Shown: positions 28,116-40,100 of the stretch, piece by piece
Position numbering within the stretch: position 1 is the stretch's first letter
How the letters are laid out: the number at the start of each line of letters is the position of its first letter
NCBI GenBank assembly: GCA_028023455.1
Contig: JAQFVV010000009.1
Coordinates: 7,812,001-7,876,000, forward strand
From: Epiperipatus broadwayi
Taxonomy: Eukaryota; Animalia; Onychophora
Direction: 5' to 3'
Length of the DNA stretch: 64,000 nt
The notes under the pieces: generated by a model
Databases searched by the model: none
Seen by the model: the letters and a program-made list of their open reading frames with translations, nothing else
What the model was told of the DNA's origin: nothing
Translations under genes and position numbers: made by a program

Positions 28116-28197
28116 AGTAAATCTAGTGAATTAATAAGTATCAATCAAAATATATCAGTAAATCTAGTGAATTAATAAGTATCAATCAAAATATATC
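28116..28197. repeat. Perfect 41-bp tandem duplication inside the CR1-like remnant
   Basis: AGTAAATCTAGTGAATTAATAAGTATCAATCAAAATATATC x2. Confidence 0.92.
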
Positions 28198-29421
28198 TCA
28201 ATTAAGAGGCTTGGCACCATTGGTATTTAATATTTTTTTACAGCAGTTATAGACCAAAATATAAAACATTCTGAAATTTTATCATATGCTAATAATAACA
28301 AGATATTTAAGGTAATACATGATCTATGTGATATTATTAAATTACAAAAAACTGGTATATTATTAATAACATGAAAATAAATGTTGAGAAATATTATGTT
28401 GTATTGGATACCAGAAACTCTACAATTTTTAATACAAATTATTATATAGGTAACAAAAAAAATTATATAAAAAGAATCTTAGAAGGATCTTGGAATAAAT
28501 TTATATAGTAATAATTCATACAACCCACACTACAAAGAAATAAAAAAAAAAAGAGTTATAAAAGTATAGAAAGAATATTAAAAAATGATAAAAACTTCTT
28601 CATAGAAATGAAAATTATGTTATTTAAAGCTCTAGTATTGGCTTGATATAAACTTTGGATCAGAAATATGGAATAGAAATAATGTAACACTGATGAACAT
28701 GCTACAAAAATATATAATAATATTATTAAATATATAAATGCAAATCAGAAGAAGTATTATCTTTCACTTGTAAAACAAAGACAGTTAAAATTAAGGTTAT
28801 CATTTTTCTCAAATTTAAAACAAGGACATTTAAAATAGCTTAGACAGCATGGTTTATAATCGCATTCATAGAATGTAAATTGAAAAAAAAAATTATGGAA
28901 TATGCCTTTTTTTTTGTCTTTAAGTGAAGGCATATAACAAAAAAATCAAGTATAGTATTAGAACAAAATGACTTTAATAAAAAAAAAAAGGTACACTATT
29001 ATAATTTTTTAAACTGTACTAGTTACATTTCACAACTAATCAGGACCACTGGCCAAAAAAATAGTACTGTACTGGTAAAATCAGGATCACTTTAATTAAA
29101 ATATCTAATATTATTAATTATCTTTTACATGAGAATTTATGCCTATTAAATTATATAACCAAAATTAAATTTAAAGAATAAACACACAGTATTATGATAA
29201 ATTAGAAGTATTAACTATCAAAACTTTCTATTTAGAACATTCTATTTTGCAAAGAATAAGCAAATTATACAATTCTATTGATATTATTAATAAATTAGAA
29301 ATAGACATTTTATCTATAGATAAAGCTAAATTTCTAAACATAATGAAATCTATATACTAATTACTTATCTTTCATATTATTATTATTATTATTATTGTAC
29401 TATCTGTCACTTTCACTTTAC

Positions 29422-29499
29422 TGTGTGTGTATATATATATATATATTATATGACTTTAAATGTGTGTGTATATATATATATATATTATATGACTTTAAA
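29422..29499. repeat. 39-bp tandem duplication containing (TG)n(TA)n
   Basis: TGTGTGTGTATATATATATATATATTATATGACTTTAAA x2. Confidence 0.85.
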
Positions 29500-29869
29500 T
29501 GGTTATAATATTATTATTATCATCATCATTATTATTATTTATTGCTTACTTCAGAAAGTGACTTTAAATAGACAAATTAATCTCAGAGCAAAAACCTTTC
29601 TCACAGAATTTCATAGTACCAAATTTGCCAATGGACAGGTGATGAGAATGTGAGAGTTTTTACATTTCTTGTTTTATTTTTTAGCTAAGAGTATCTAATA
29701 TTCATTCACCAACCAATATAGAATAATGAACTAGATCGGCTACAATTTGGCTATGTGAGAAAAAAATTCTAAGGTTCTTGGAAACAAATTAGACATGATA
29801 GAGGCATGTTATCTCTGCTCCACAAGGCTATTTTAAATCTAAAATTGCATGATTAACTAAATTGCTTTT

Positions 29870-29970
29870 AATCCAGCTATCTGAGAAAAAATTTCGGCCT
29901 CTTGAAAATAATTATATTTGATCTCTGGATTTGAGCCTTGTATTAGGCATGGTAGGTGAATGTGCCATTT
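29870..29970 (-). mobile_element. tRNA-derived SINE-like head, decayed
   Basis: Minus strand CACCTACCATGCCTAATACAAGGCTCAAATCCAGAG resembles a tRNA anticodon/T-arm with B-box; aligns by eye with 53190-53298. Confidence 0.4.
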
Positions 29971-30081
29971 TTTCACTATGAGCTCCTCTCAATAAATTTA
30001 AAAGGTGCATATTTTAAGGCTTGATTCAGGTGACAAAAGTTGATGAACCCTGTCCTGTATAAATATATAAGCAAATTGTAG

Positions 30082-30115
30082 GTAATGGAGCAGTTTCATT
30101 TATGGCCACAAAGAG
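30082..30115 (+). CDS. Candidate exon of the unidentified gene (34 nt, phase 1/2)
   Basis: (G)NGAVSFMATK(R); strong donor AG|GTAAGC but an A-rich, weak acceptor. Confidence 0.3.
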
Positions 30116-30696
30116 GTAAGCATTAGCAATTTTCTATCTAAACTTTCGAGATTGGCCTATGAAAAGAGTTTTAATTTTAGGAATAACTATTTATTTATTT
30201 ATTTAATAGTATATTCGAAGTTGTTATCCTTTTCCCTATATTGTATGTAATTAGTTGCCCGAAACGCTTTTAATGCTGGCTAAGAAAAAGGTTTATTTCG
30301 TATCTTTATTTTATTAATAATAGCTGAGTGCATTTTTAGTGTCAAAATAAATTAATTTTTTTAATAGCGGTTATGGAAACGAATAATTGAAATTAAAATT
30401 TATAAAAGTATATGTTTTATAGGCTGACTATAATAAATAGGAATATTATTATATTATAATTAATTTAAATCTCAGTTATTAAAGAGTTAAGCAAAATAGG
30501 AAGAAAAAAAAAGGGAGTGGCAGATAATTAGCATGAATAATGGTTTAACATTTTAATATCAAAGCAAATTTATTAGAAGGTACATTTTTTACTAAAAATA
30601 ACTTTAATAACAAAAAAATTGTTCAGTATTTAAATTTCAAGCAAATTGCATTTTATTTCAAAACTACTGACACTTTTTAAATTTATTCGCATTCAG

Positions 30697-30736
30697 AAAT
30701 ATATATGCTGAATACATAAAAGCAAAGATTCTTCAG
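30697..30736 (+). CDS. Candidate exon of the unidentified gene (40 nt, phase 2/0)
   Basis: attcgcattcag| NIYAEYIKAKILQ |gtaatg; phase-compatible with the previous candidate. Confidence 0.35.
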
Positions 30737-30967
30737 GTAATGCAAATGTTCTCTTTAAAAACTAAACTGAACCCAGCGCTATGTATCGGGAAAACATATA
30801 AAGAGAGACTTTATTGAAATAATATTACACTTATTCATTTAACTCAGTAAGTTAGTTTAGTTATAAAATGTAAATATTTGAATATTATCGACTCCATATT
30901 CAGATATATCAATAGTCTGGATTATAAAAAATAATAATTGAAGTCTATAAATCCTATGATATTCTAG

Positions 30968-30994
30968 GATGCCTTTCAATTTTTAAGAGGATAG
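30968..30994 (+). CDS. Candidate terminal exon of the unidentified gene
   Basis: gatattctag| DAFQFLRG* in phase 0. Confidence 0.2.
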   Translation, partial: DAFQFLRG

Positions 30995-32017
30995 GTACTT
31001 GGCAAAGTTTTTGAATTTTTCTTTTTAGTGATTCCTTCTCTTGAGTTTTGGTTTTCCTGGAATTTTATACTACTGTCTCAGTCTGTAAAGAATACTAATG
31101 TCATGCATTTATAGACAATTTAGCCATTTCTTAATGGATTGATTTTTCTATATAATAGATCTCTGGATATTTTTTTTTTTAGTTTCATTCATTGAAGTTG
31201 AATATTTACATATTTTTTTCTGTCAATAAGCTAAAAATTATTTTTTTGATTACATTATTACTTTACAAGACTATAATCTTACTTTTTATTTTTATAATTA
31301 GGGGACAATGCATGCATCATAAGTTAGTGATTCCTGGTGTATATAAAGTAATAGTTATCATCTCTCTTTGTAAATTATGTAATTTTGTCAGTTTACTTTC
31401 TATTGTTGAAGCATTTAAAAAAATTACTTTGACATGTGGTGGTAATATTGAATTTGGTTCTGATTCAATGGCTTTAGTTGTAATTTTTTTGATCAGATTT
31501 AAAGCAATGACTATGCATTTGAATCAAGGGTTGAAATGCTCTCTATATTAAATTTATTCTGAACTTTAAGAGATATATTTTAGTTTGTGTATTGGCACAG
31601 CTCAAAAGTGATGTTATGAGTTTCATATTGTCATAGTTTACATCTCAAAAATGGGATATTAATATATATCATCTAATATTTTTTTGAAACTGAGCTTAGC
31701 AGAGGATGCTTTAATAATCTGATTCCTATACAATAAACTTCACTTAAATTTAAAGCATATTTAATTTAATATGAAATGGAATTTATTATGTTCCAACTGC
31801 TGTAAAATATATTTGTGTATGTGTTTATTGATTACATAAACAAAACACAATTGTGTGAGTTCATAGTAAGGCCTATAGAAATGAAACATTACAATTCCTA
31901 GTGATTCAGAATATCACTATACTTTGCTTAATAATTGTGAAAAGCATTACATCTTTCACTTTTGCAAACAAATATAAAATTAAAACTGTAGCATATCTAA
32001 GTTATAATGAATAATAC

Positions 32018-32112
32018 TTAAGTCCTTAGCACACCAATTTTCTTCAAACAATTTTATTTCACACAAATTCACAAGAGAACCTAACTGGTGCCAATACTTG
32101 TGCCATACTAAG
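32018..32112 (-). CDS. Candidate orphan exon (95 nt)
   Basis: tttacaaatcag| LVWHKYWHQLGSLVNLCEIKLFEENWCAKDL |gtatta; no family recognised. Confidence 0.25.
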
Positions 32113-33189
32113 CTGATTTGTAAAAATGAACATTGTTCCATTGAATACATACATTTTTTCATAAATTTTATTTTTACATACAATCAGAAATTCAAATATG
32201 CCCACTGAAAATATAAACACAAATGTAAGTATAAAGTTGTTCAACAATCTTTAAATAATAATATATCAAACTTAAGGGTTTTTTTAGGAATAAAATATTG
32301 TAAATAAGAAAGTATATTATGTTCATTTTTTAAAGATAAGTTTGGATAACTAAGTAAGAAGATAAAACAAGTAGGTAATTAGTATAGTTGCTACCCTCTT
32401 GACATAATTTATTTAAGAATCTCAAATTTGAAACTGTATTGTATTATCTGAATATTTCAAATTTAAATCATGTAATACCATCATATGTGGTTTATCTCAT
32501 TGATAGAATGATCAATGCACAATTAAAACTTCCATGATAAATTCTGAGCCAAGTATGTTAAAAAAATGCTTAGTTCTGATTAATGTACTCTAAGGCTAAA
32601 ATGATAGTTGTATTAAACACGAATCCCATTACCAACATACTGATAGAAAATTTGATGTTCTCCCTTTCAAAACCACTTGTGATAAATTTCATCAGCTGTT
32701 AAAGTAATAAATTTTACATCTAGCAAAGCAAACACAATTCTGTTGATGATAAATCACATGATGTAGCAATCACTAATAATTTTTATTAGTCATATATTAG
32801 CCAAGAAATAGTCCAATGCAGAAATTCTATTCATTATGCAGCAATTTCTATTTGAATAAATAATCTTTATATACAATGTGTAAAAAATTCATTGCAAACT
32901 GATCATACTATTTTTTTTCTAAATATGCATACTTTCTATATTAATGAGAAATTTCTATTCTTGTAATATCCAATTAAAAATAGCATGGTTTTAAATTTTA
33001 AAATGAGTAACATTAAATATTATGAACATCCAAGACAATCCCTGACTTGGTTTATTTTCTTTAAAAATAGTTCATTGTTGCATCATGATTTATGGATGTT
33101 GAGTTATTTTTCTCATAGCCAACCTTAACATCACTCTTGGAATTTTCATTCCCATATTTGAAAGCCATCCATTTCTATGATGAAAAATT

Positions 33190-33465
33190 TTAAAAATCCA
33201 TTGAAATCAATATACTGGATATTTTGAAAGAAATATTAATAGAATTCCACTCAATCTTACTTTCTACAATAGATGTAACAAATTTATAGCAATATCTGAC
33301 AAACTTCCTTGAAGTTAATACCGGCATTTTATTCCAAATATTCAGAAATTGCTGACAATTTTGTAAAGTCTCATGAAACATAATAAATTTAAAAATTATT
33401 TCAAAATTATTATCTAATATTATTAAAGTATGTTTTTTACAAGTTTTTTTAAAAAATCTTAACAA
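33190..33465 (-). mobile_element. Possible decayed Penelope-like RT fragment
   Basis: Weak resemblance of FLNIW...KFV..ESKIEWNSINISF to the PLE F.IW...IKFT.E.E.N..I.FLD region. Confidence 0.25.
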
Positions 33466-34355
33466 AAATTATGTGAGGAGCTGAAAATTATTTATCTTTA
33501 GAAGCTAGAATGAGGCTTTTGTGAGCTAAATTCTGTCTTTAACAACTCAGAGTTTTGAAAATTAAAACTTGTGCTACATTCATGATATAATGTTACCTTC
33601 TGAGAAGGTGGTGTAATTGATAAATATCAAGTTTTTAATACAAGTATAGATGTTTGGGTTTTTGACATTCTAGTTCAGCTGATGAGCAGGTTTAATTGGA
33701 AACTGTTTGCATCATGAGAAAAATTAGTAAAGATGAGGGAAGAATTAATAAAAATCACAAAAACTTATTCTCATTTTAGTTTGCAATTATTTTTTGGAAA
33801 AAATTATTTTTTCTAGAAGCCTTCAGAGTTTCTCAATATAAGGAAAACATTGATTTTATTGACAAAGTGCTCTAAAAAAAGAAAAGTATTTTTAATTTAA
33901 TCTTTTAGCAAATATAAAACTTTACAAATAGTCACTAAAATACTTATTCATTTCTGTTTATTAGTGATCATAAATAAAATGCAGAAAATTTATATGTGCC
34001 AGCCTCATTCCCTTAAAATCACACAAAAATATATAAAGTAGAAAATTCTTTTAATAAAGATGTGAAAAATGTAGAAAAGAGGGTGACCTTGCTCCTAATT
34101 TCACAAAGATAGTATATTCAGTTTTGTTCTAACAACAGTGAAAAATCTCACAAACTAAGTATATATTTTTGCAACAGCAGAACTAAGCATAAATCTATCT
34201 CAATTTCTGGAATTTTTTATGGTTGTGTTGCAAATATTCTATGAATAGCTCTCTTAGAACTAGAATACTCCTCTTTGGAGAAAAAGTATTCGCATCAAAC
34301 TTCTTGTAGGTGCTTCCCAATCTTTCACCTATTTTATATATCTTATTAAGAGTAT

Positions 34356-34898
34356 TGTTATATTTTACCTTCAAATAATGGACTAGTCCAGATTTCATCT
34401 GACCTTGATCAGATTGAATATTTGTCTCCATGGGCCAATGAATATACACATAAACATATATCCAATGGCAAGTGACCACTAGGTGATGATAGTCAGGGAA
34501 TCTGTTTCCATCATTGAAAGGAATAGTCAGTCCAACTGGAAGAAAGTGAGATAAAAATTGTCAAAGCTGGATGGCAGTTTGCTAGTTGTACATTATATGG
34601 TTAATACAGTGAAGCAAGTTCACATTCATGACTGGAAGCTGCTAGAACCTAAATCAAACATGAGACAAACTGACAAAATACAGCTAAAAGAGTCACTTAT
34701 GAGGCAGGCTGTCACAATACTGCTAGAAATCATAGGTTGAATTTATAAAGTGCCTGAAGCCCTTCTTTTTCTATTTGCACATGAACCAGAATATATATTT
34801 AGTCAATAGTATCAGGCAAAGGTATAACATTTTATATAATGTAAAAAATGTATTTTACATGCCTGTATTTATATAATAATTCTTGAATAAACACAACA
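34356..34898 (+). repeat. 5' LTR (543 bp)
   Basis: TGTTAT...AACA ends; collinear with 36631-37176. Confidence 0.7.
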
Positions 34899-34900
34899 GC

Positions 34901-34917
34901 TGGCATGTCATGACAGG
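34901..34917 (+). promoter_or_regulatory. Candidate primer-binding site
   Basis: TGGCATGTCATGACAGG 2 nt after LTR1; resembles a tRNA-Ser-type PBS (TGGCGTAGTCGGCAGG) after CpG decay (inference). Confidence 0.5.
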
Positions 34918-36618
34918 TCTTATATTCATTTAGATCTTTTGTTACTAATCTCAAAAATTGACAGTGTGTTAATAATCATTTTAAAAATCCAAATATGAAA
35001 GGTTAATGATTCATTATTAAAAAAAAGTCAAAAATTTTTTTCTCTCACAGCATAAAAAAAGAAAAGCAATCAACTGGCTAAAATTGGCTTAATAGAAAAA
35101 TTCAATCTGAGCTATACTGAAAATTGCCACTCTACAAGAATCGAGTAATGCAGGCTAATTAAATCAAAATGGTTGGCTTTAAATTAGCCACACTGATTTC
35201 AGTTATCATATCTCAGTCATAGAAGATTTTTAATGCACAGGCAGCCCTGTGCTTCCAGATGATATTGATTTTGACAAAGCATGGTCTTTGCTGACAAACC
35301 TTTTCTACCCAAAACTCTTAAAATAATGCAGAGATATCACTTCAACACTTCTGTACATAAGAAGAGTTGGAGAAAGAAAGAGATTTTGCTGTTAAAATCA
35401 GAAAACTAGCCATAAAATATAATTTTAAAGACTTCTTCAACAAATTTCGTTTGTGAAATGAAAAACTAATGCTGATATTTTTGATTTGGCTTTCTCTCGA
35501 GTGACTCTAGTGTGGTCAACAGTGAGTCAAGCAAATCCATTGAAGAAAATAGAACACAACATTAAAATTGTTGATCAACTGAATCAAACAAATACCCAGC
35601 TGACAATAATAAAAATTGCCTGAATAAATTAACAATGAGGAAATACATACATGTCAAATGTTCACACTGGTGTACAGTGTATAGATATTGCAAACATATC
35701 AGTTAGACAAAAACAACTTGCTTTAAAAGAAAACAAGTTTCTAATGACAAGGGAAGAATCTATTCCAAAAAGTCAGAAAGAAAATATAAAATCAAGCTAT
35801 ATCAAAGCCTGTATAAATAACGTCAAAGACATTGATTAGCTTTTCAAACCCCAAATCATTGTTAATGATATACCAGTAACAAAGGAAACTGAACACAGAG
35901 TCTGCAGTGTCCATTGTGTCATAAAAGACATGGGATATTATTAATAAAAAAATAAAGATTAGCTGCATTCTAGCAGCAAAATAAACATTGATTTCTAAGG
36001 CAATTAAATATCATTTTTGGATCAGAGCTAAAAGTTACTATGCCTAATAAAATTAAATATCTGCCTTTAGTTGTATTATCAGATGAATGTAGTAATTTAT
36101 TAGGATGTGACTTATCCAAACACCTAGGCTTAATAGTGAATACAGTGAACCAGCTCACAAAAATAGATTCAAAAAGGATCTACCCAGAAGTAGTTGTTAA
36201 TAAACCAGACTTGAACCCTAAAATAAGTCATGAAAGCAAAAGTGCAAAAAAGTGAATAAGTGCTCAAATCCTATGCCACATGTATAGTGGAACCACTGAA
36301 TAGATTTCAGAAATTGTGATCAAAATTAAAGGTCATAACAATTGATGGACAGCAATATCATAGACACAGAAACCAATTAATGTTGAATTATATTTTACCA
36401 GTCACCAGGGAAGAGACATAAGTCACCAGTAAAGATCATCAGCTAACAATGAGGAGTCATTAGACAACAATGATGAGTTTTCAAAATTAAAAAGTTTTCA
36501 GATCTACAAATAAAGACCCTGGACTGGCTGATGAAGTCATCAATCATGATAAAGGTAGAGGTGACAAAGACATATACCAAATCATCAGAAGGAGTATGCT
36601 GTCTAAGATATTTTATCC

Positions 36619-36630
36619 AGAGGAAAGGAA
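36619..36630 (+). other. Polypurine tract
   Basis: AGAGGAAAGGAA abuts the TG start of LTR2. Confidence 0.6.
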
Positions 36631-37176
36631 TGTTATTTCTCACCTTACCTTTAAATAATGAACTAGTTCAGATTCCATCTTATCTTGATCAGATTGAGCA
36701 TTCATTACAATGAACCAATGAATATACATGTATATAACATATGTTTAATAGCAAGAACAGACCAATAGGTAATGATTCTTAGTAAATCTGATTATTTCTT
36801 TTAAGGAAAGGATCTGACTATAAGTAGTTAGTCCAGTTGGAGGTAAAGTAAAACAAAAATTGTCAAAGTTGAATGGCAGTATATGGCTAATGCCGTGAGG
36901 CAGTTCTACATTCAAGACTGGAAGTTGTTAGAACCTAAATCAGATACAAGGCAATCTGTCAGAGTGCATCTGGAAATATCACTGTACCTATTCACATAGA
37001 AGGCTGGCATGGAAAATAGGAAATGGTAACTAAACTTATAAGGGTACATAAAGTTCCTTCTTTCTATAATTGCAAGGCAAGTAGAATCTTTACCTAGCAA
37101 ACAGTATCAGGTAAAGATTTTAACATTATTTATGGTGTAAATATGCATTTTTATATTAATAAATATATATCAAACA
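36631..37176 (+). repeat. 3' LTR (546 bp)
   Basis: TGTTAT...AACA ends; collinear with the 5' LTR. Confidence 0.7.
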
Positions 37177-40100
37177 TATCTGTATGACTTAGTTTTTGTT
37201 GCATTCTTATATAAACTTAACAAATATATAGATCACTAACATGTTATAGTTTTACTATATAAGACACATCTCAGATAGTGATCTCATTTCTGGAAGATTA
37301 ACCAAAACCCTTCAAATAGTCACAGAATTGTAATATAAAGAATGGATTTATTGCAAAGTCTGAAATAAATTTCATTTCTCCAAATCCAGTAATAAAGCCA
37401 GCTGTAGAATTTGGTCTTTTTAAATTGTCTCATTGTCACATTCAAGACTAATCATGGTTTCAGAACTAATATATTTCAGGATGAAATTTAATAGCACTGT
37501 CTCACATGGATGAGACCAAACACAAACCAGGAACTGTATAAATAATGTTTGTCTAACCTATATATACAATGACAGAACCAAATGATTTAAAGAACTAAAT
37601 AGAGAATCTGTATACTGCTTTGAATCTTTGCAGATATTTTCATAATGTTTGAGAATTAAAAAAAAGATTATATATTACATAATAAAATACTAAAAAAAGA
37701 CCAGGTTGAATTCTTAAACATCATGTTACTGAGAAATAAAATTATCATAAGACAGTATAGTTAAATATGAATCAGTAGTTCTTGACTTCAATAAAAAAAA
37801 ATCATGACAATTTTTCTGGAAATGATTGTATTATTTAGTCTTGATTAAAAAAAAAATATAGAATTCTATTTTTTGGGAAAAGAGTGAAATAATTGTGGAG
37901 GTTCTTTAATAATATAATAATTTAAAGGCAGAAGTTCAATGATTGACAGGAAAGTTTTAAAATGAGTAAAATTGTATATTGGGATCACTTTAGTTATAGG
38001 ATTATAAGGAATATTCACTAAAGTTTTTAAATACATTTATATGTGTTAGTTTCAAAACTACTTCAATTATTTAGACATTTCTGCCCTTGTAAAGTTATGC
38101 CACATAATTTTAAGGATGCTTCTATTTCAATTTTTAAAAATAATAAAAAATAAATTATTGTATTATCTTCTGTACTTTCTTTTTTACTTTATTATTTTCT
38201 AAGCATAGAATCTTATTATGGATCACTCAGATTTTTCTTATCCATTTTCTTTCCAAATTGCGAAAATTTATAAGAGAAACATAAAGAGTATTGAATACAT
38301 TAAGATTTGACGCTCAAAATTATTGATTAATGGGAAAAATAGATATCACTATATAAGTCAATAATAATAATGCAAAGCCTTTGCCAATATATTTTGTAAA
38401 ACCATTATCACTATCACTCATAAACAAGTGTTGGCCATTCTAACTCTAAAAAAAAAGAGTGAAATAAAAATGAACAAAAAGTCAGATATTTTTGTGATTA
38501 TACCAACCAATCTGTGACTCGTAAATATATTCACATATATGTTGAACCTTATAAATGTATGCTGCTTGACATCTTGCAATGCCATCTTTAACATTTTCTG
38601 AAACAAACAACAGATTTCAGCACTTTGACTTATTGCTGATCTTTATTATATTATATCCTTATTTATATCATTGCAATATAAGAAAACAATAGTTTATCTT
38701 TTATTCATATCTTTGAAATAAAATTTTAATAGGGCCTGTTTTTTTATGGTGACTGTTCTCATAATAGCTATAAGATAACATTGTTACTTTATCTTATTAC
38801 CCATAGAATTTAATATTTGTTTCTAGTATGTTTACATTACCCTAATAAGAAGTTTATGCTTTACATCCAAACACAAATTTTAAAGGTAAATAAATTTTTA
38901 CAGAGTAATTTATTTAAAGTAATTACATAAGTGTAATAAAATGATTTAACATTTAATCTGTTAGATGTAGTTGTACACATTGGCATCATTTCTGCTCTTT
39001 GTCATCCAAATCCATTTGTCTAATTAAAACATCCTATTTAAACTACTTTATCTTCCCAAGCTAATAATAATTTAAGACAAAAATTACTAGGATATTTTTC
39101 TCTTTTTACTGCATCATAGTACTAACTCCTTATATATATTATAAGTTGCACTCAAAACATTAAAAACATTCTGGAAATCATTTTCTGGATTGGAAAGGAT
39201 AGCACTATTATCAGAATACTATAAATATATAACCAACAAGAAGGACTTTTTGTTTTAAGCATATATTCAATTCAAACAAAACATGTTATCAAACTTATAT
39301 TGCATTTTAATACCTTTTCATGAAGTTTTCTATAATTCTTTCCAAGACTGCTATCATAAAAATTGTCCAGTTTTAAAAATAATTCCATTGTTTATTCATA
39401 GTTGTATGATATACTTGGTAGTATTTTAAATATGCATGGTGCAATTTATGGTACAATGTGAAATTTAAATATTATTCAAATCATTTATTTGCTATATTTT
39501 TCGTTTTGAATATGTTTGGTTACTTTTCAAAGCATTGTTCAACTCTAATGTTAAATCTAGAATATATGTGAATAATAAAATAGTTGGTGAAGACTAGTCT
39601 AAAAGTTATGGGTTTTTTATACTATTGTATATATTGAGCAATAATAATTCATTAGGGTCTTCAGTTTATTTAGTAATTTTTTGATTAATTATATTTAATT
39701 AATATGATTATTTTTTAACCTGTATTTATATATATATGTATTATTTTTAAAGGGCTTTTTTTTTTGTTTCAGAAAAAAGATCACAAGTGGTCTGTGTCAA
39801 AAAAAGAATTACGAGCTGTCTCCCATGGAGAATGACTTTACACAAAAATTAATGAATATTTGTTATGATTACCCGGTCGAATATGTTGATATTTTAAATT
39901 TTAATTGCACAATTGTTTATTTCTATTTTGTATATGTTTATAAATAATTTTTTTGAAAATTCTTTACTTTTTAATTTGTTTTATATTTATAATTCTTAAA
40001 TTGAATTTAAAATTTATTAAGAGTGAATATAGTGGTATTTAAATAAAGATGCACAATAAAAACAAAACAAATAAGGACATTAAAAAAAATGTGGGGGAGG

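Larger units (their letters stand above)
34356..37176 (+). mobile_element. Internally deleted LTR retrotransposon (LTR-PBS-gag/protease remnants-PPT-LTR)
   Basis: Diverged direct repeats 34356-34898 and 36631-37176, both TGTTAT...AATAAA...AACA; TGG-PBS 2 nt after LTR1; polypurine tract directly before LTR2; internal CPLCHKRH and LPLVVLSDECSNLLGCDLSKHLGL (retropepsin C-terminus-like). Confidence 0.7.

Noticed and set aside
32655-32700. Minus-strand CTGATGA...GAAA
   Set aside because: No credible stem II or III and no NUH site in register.
33683-33720. Hammerhead-like CTGATGA...GAAACTGTT
   Set aside because: Stem II only 3 bp and stem I does not pair; no TSD or inverted arm found.
38400-39020. 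Possible minus-strand exons (ENVKDGIARCQAAYIYK; LEWPTLVY; KWIWMTKSRNDAN)
   Set aside because: Acceptors are plausible but donors are weak, frames are ambiguous and no family is recognised.
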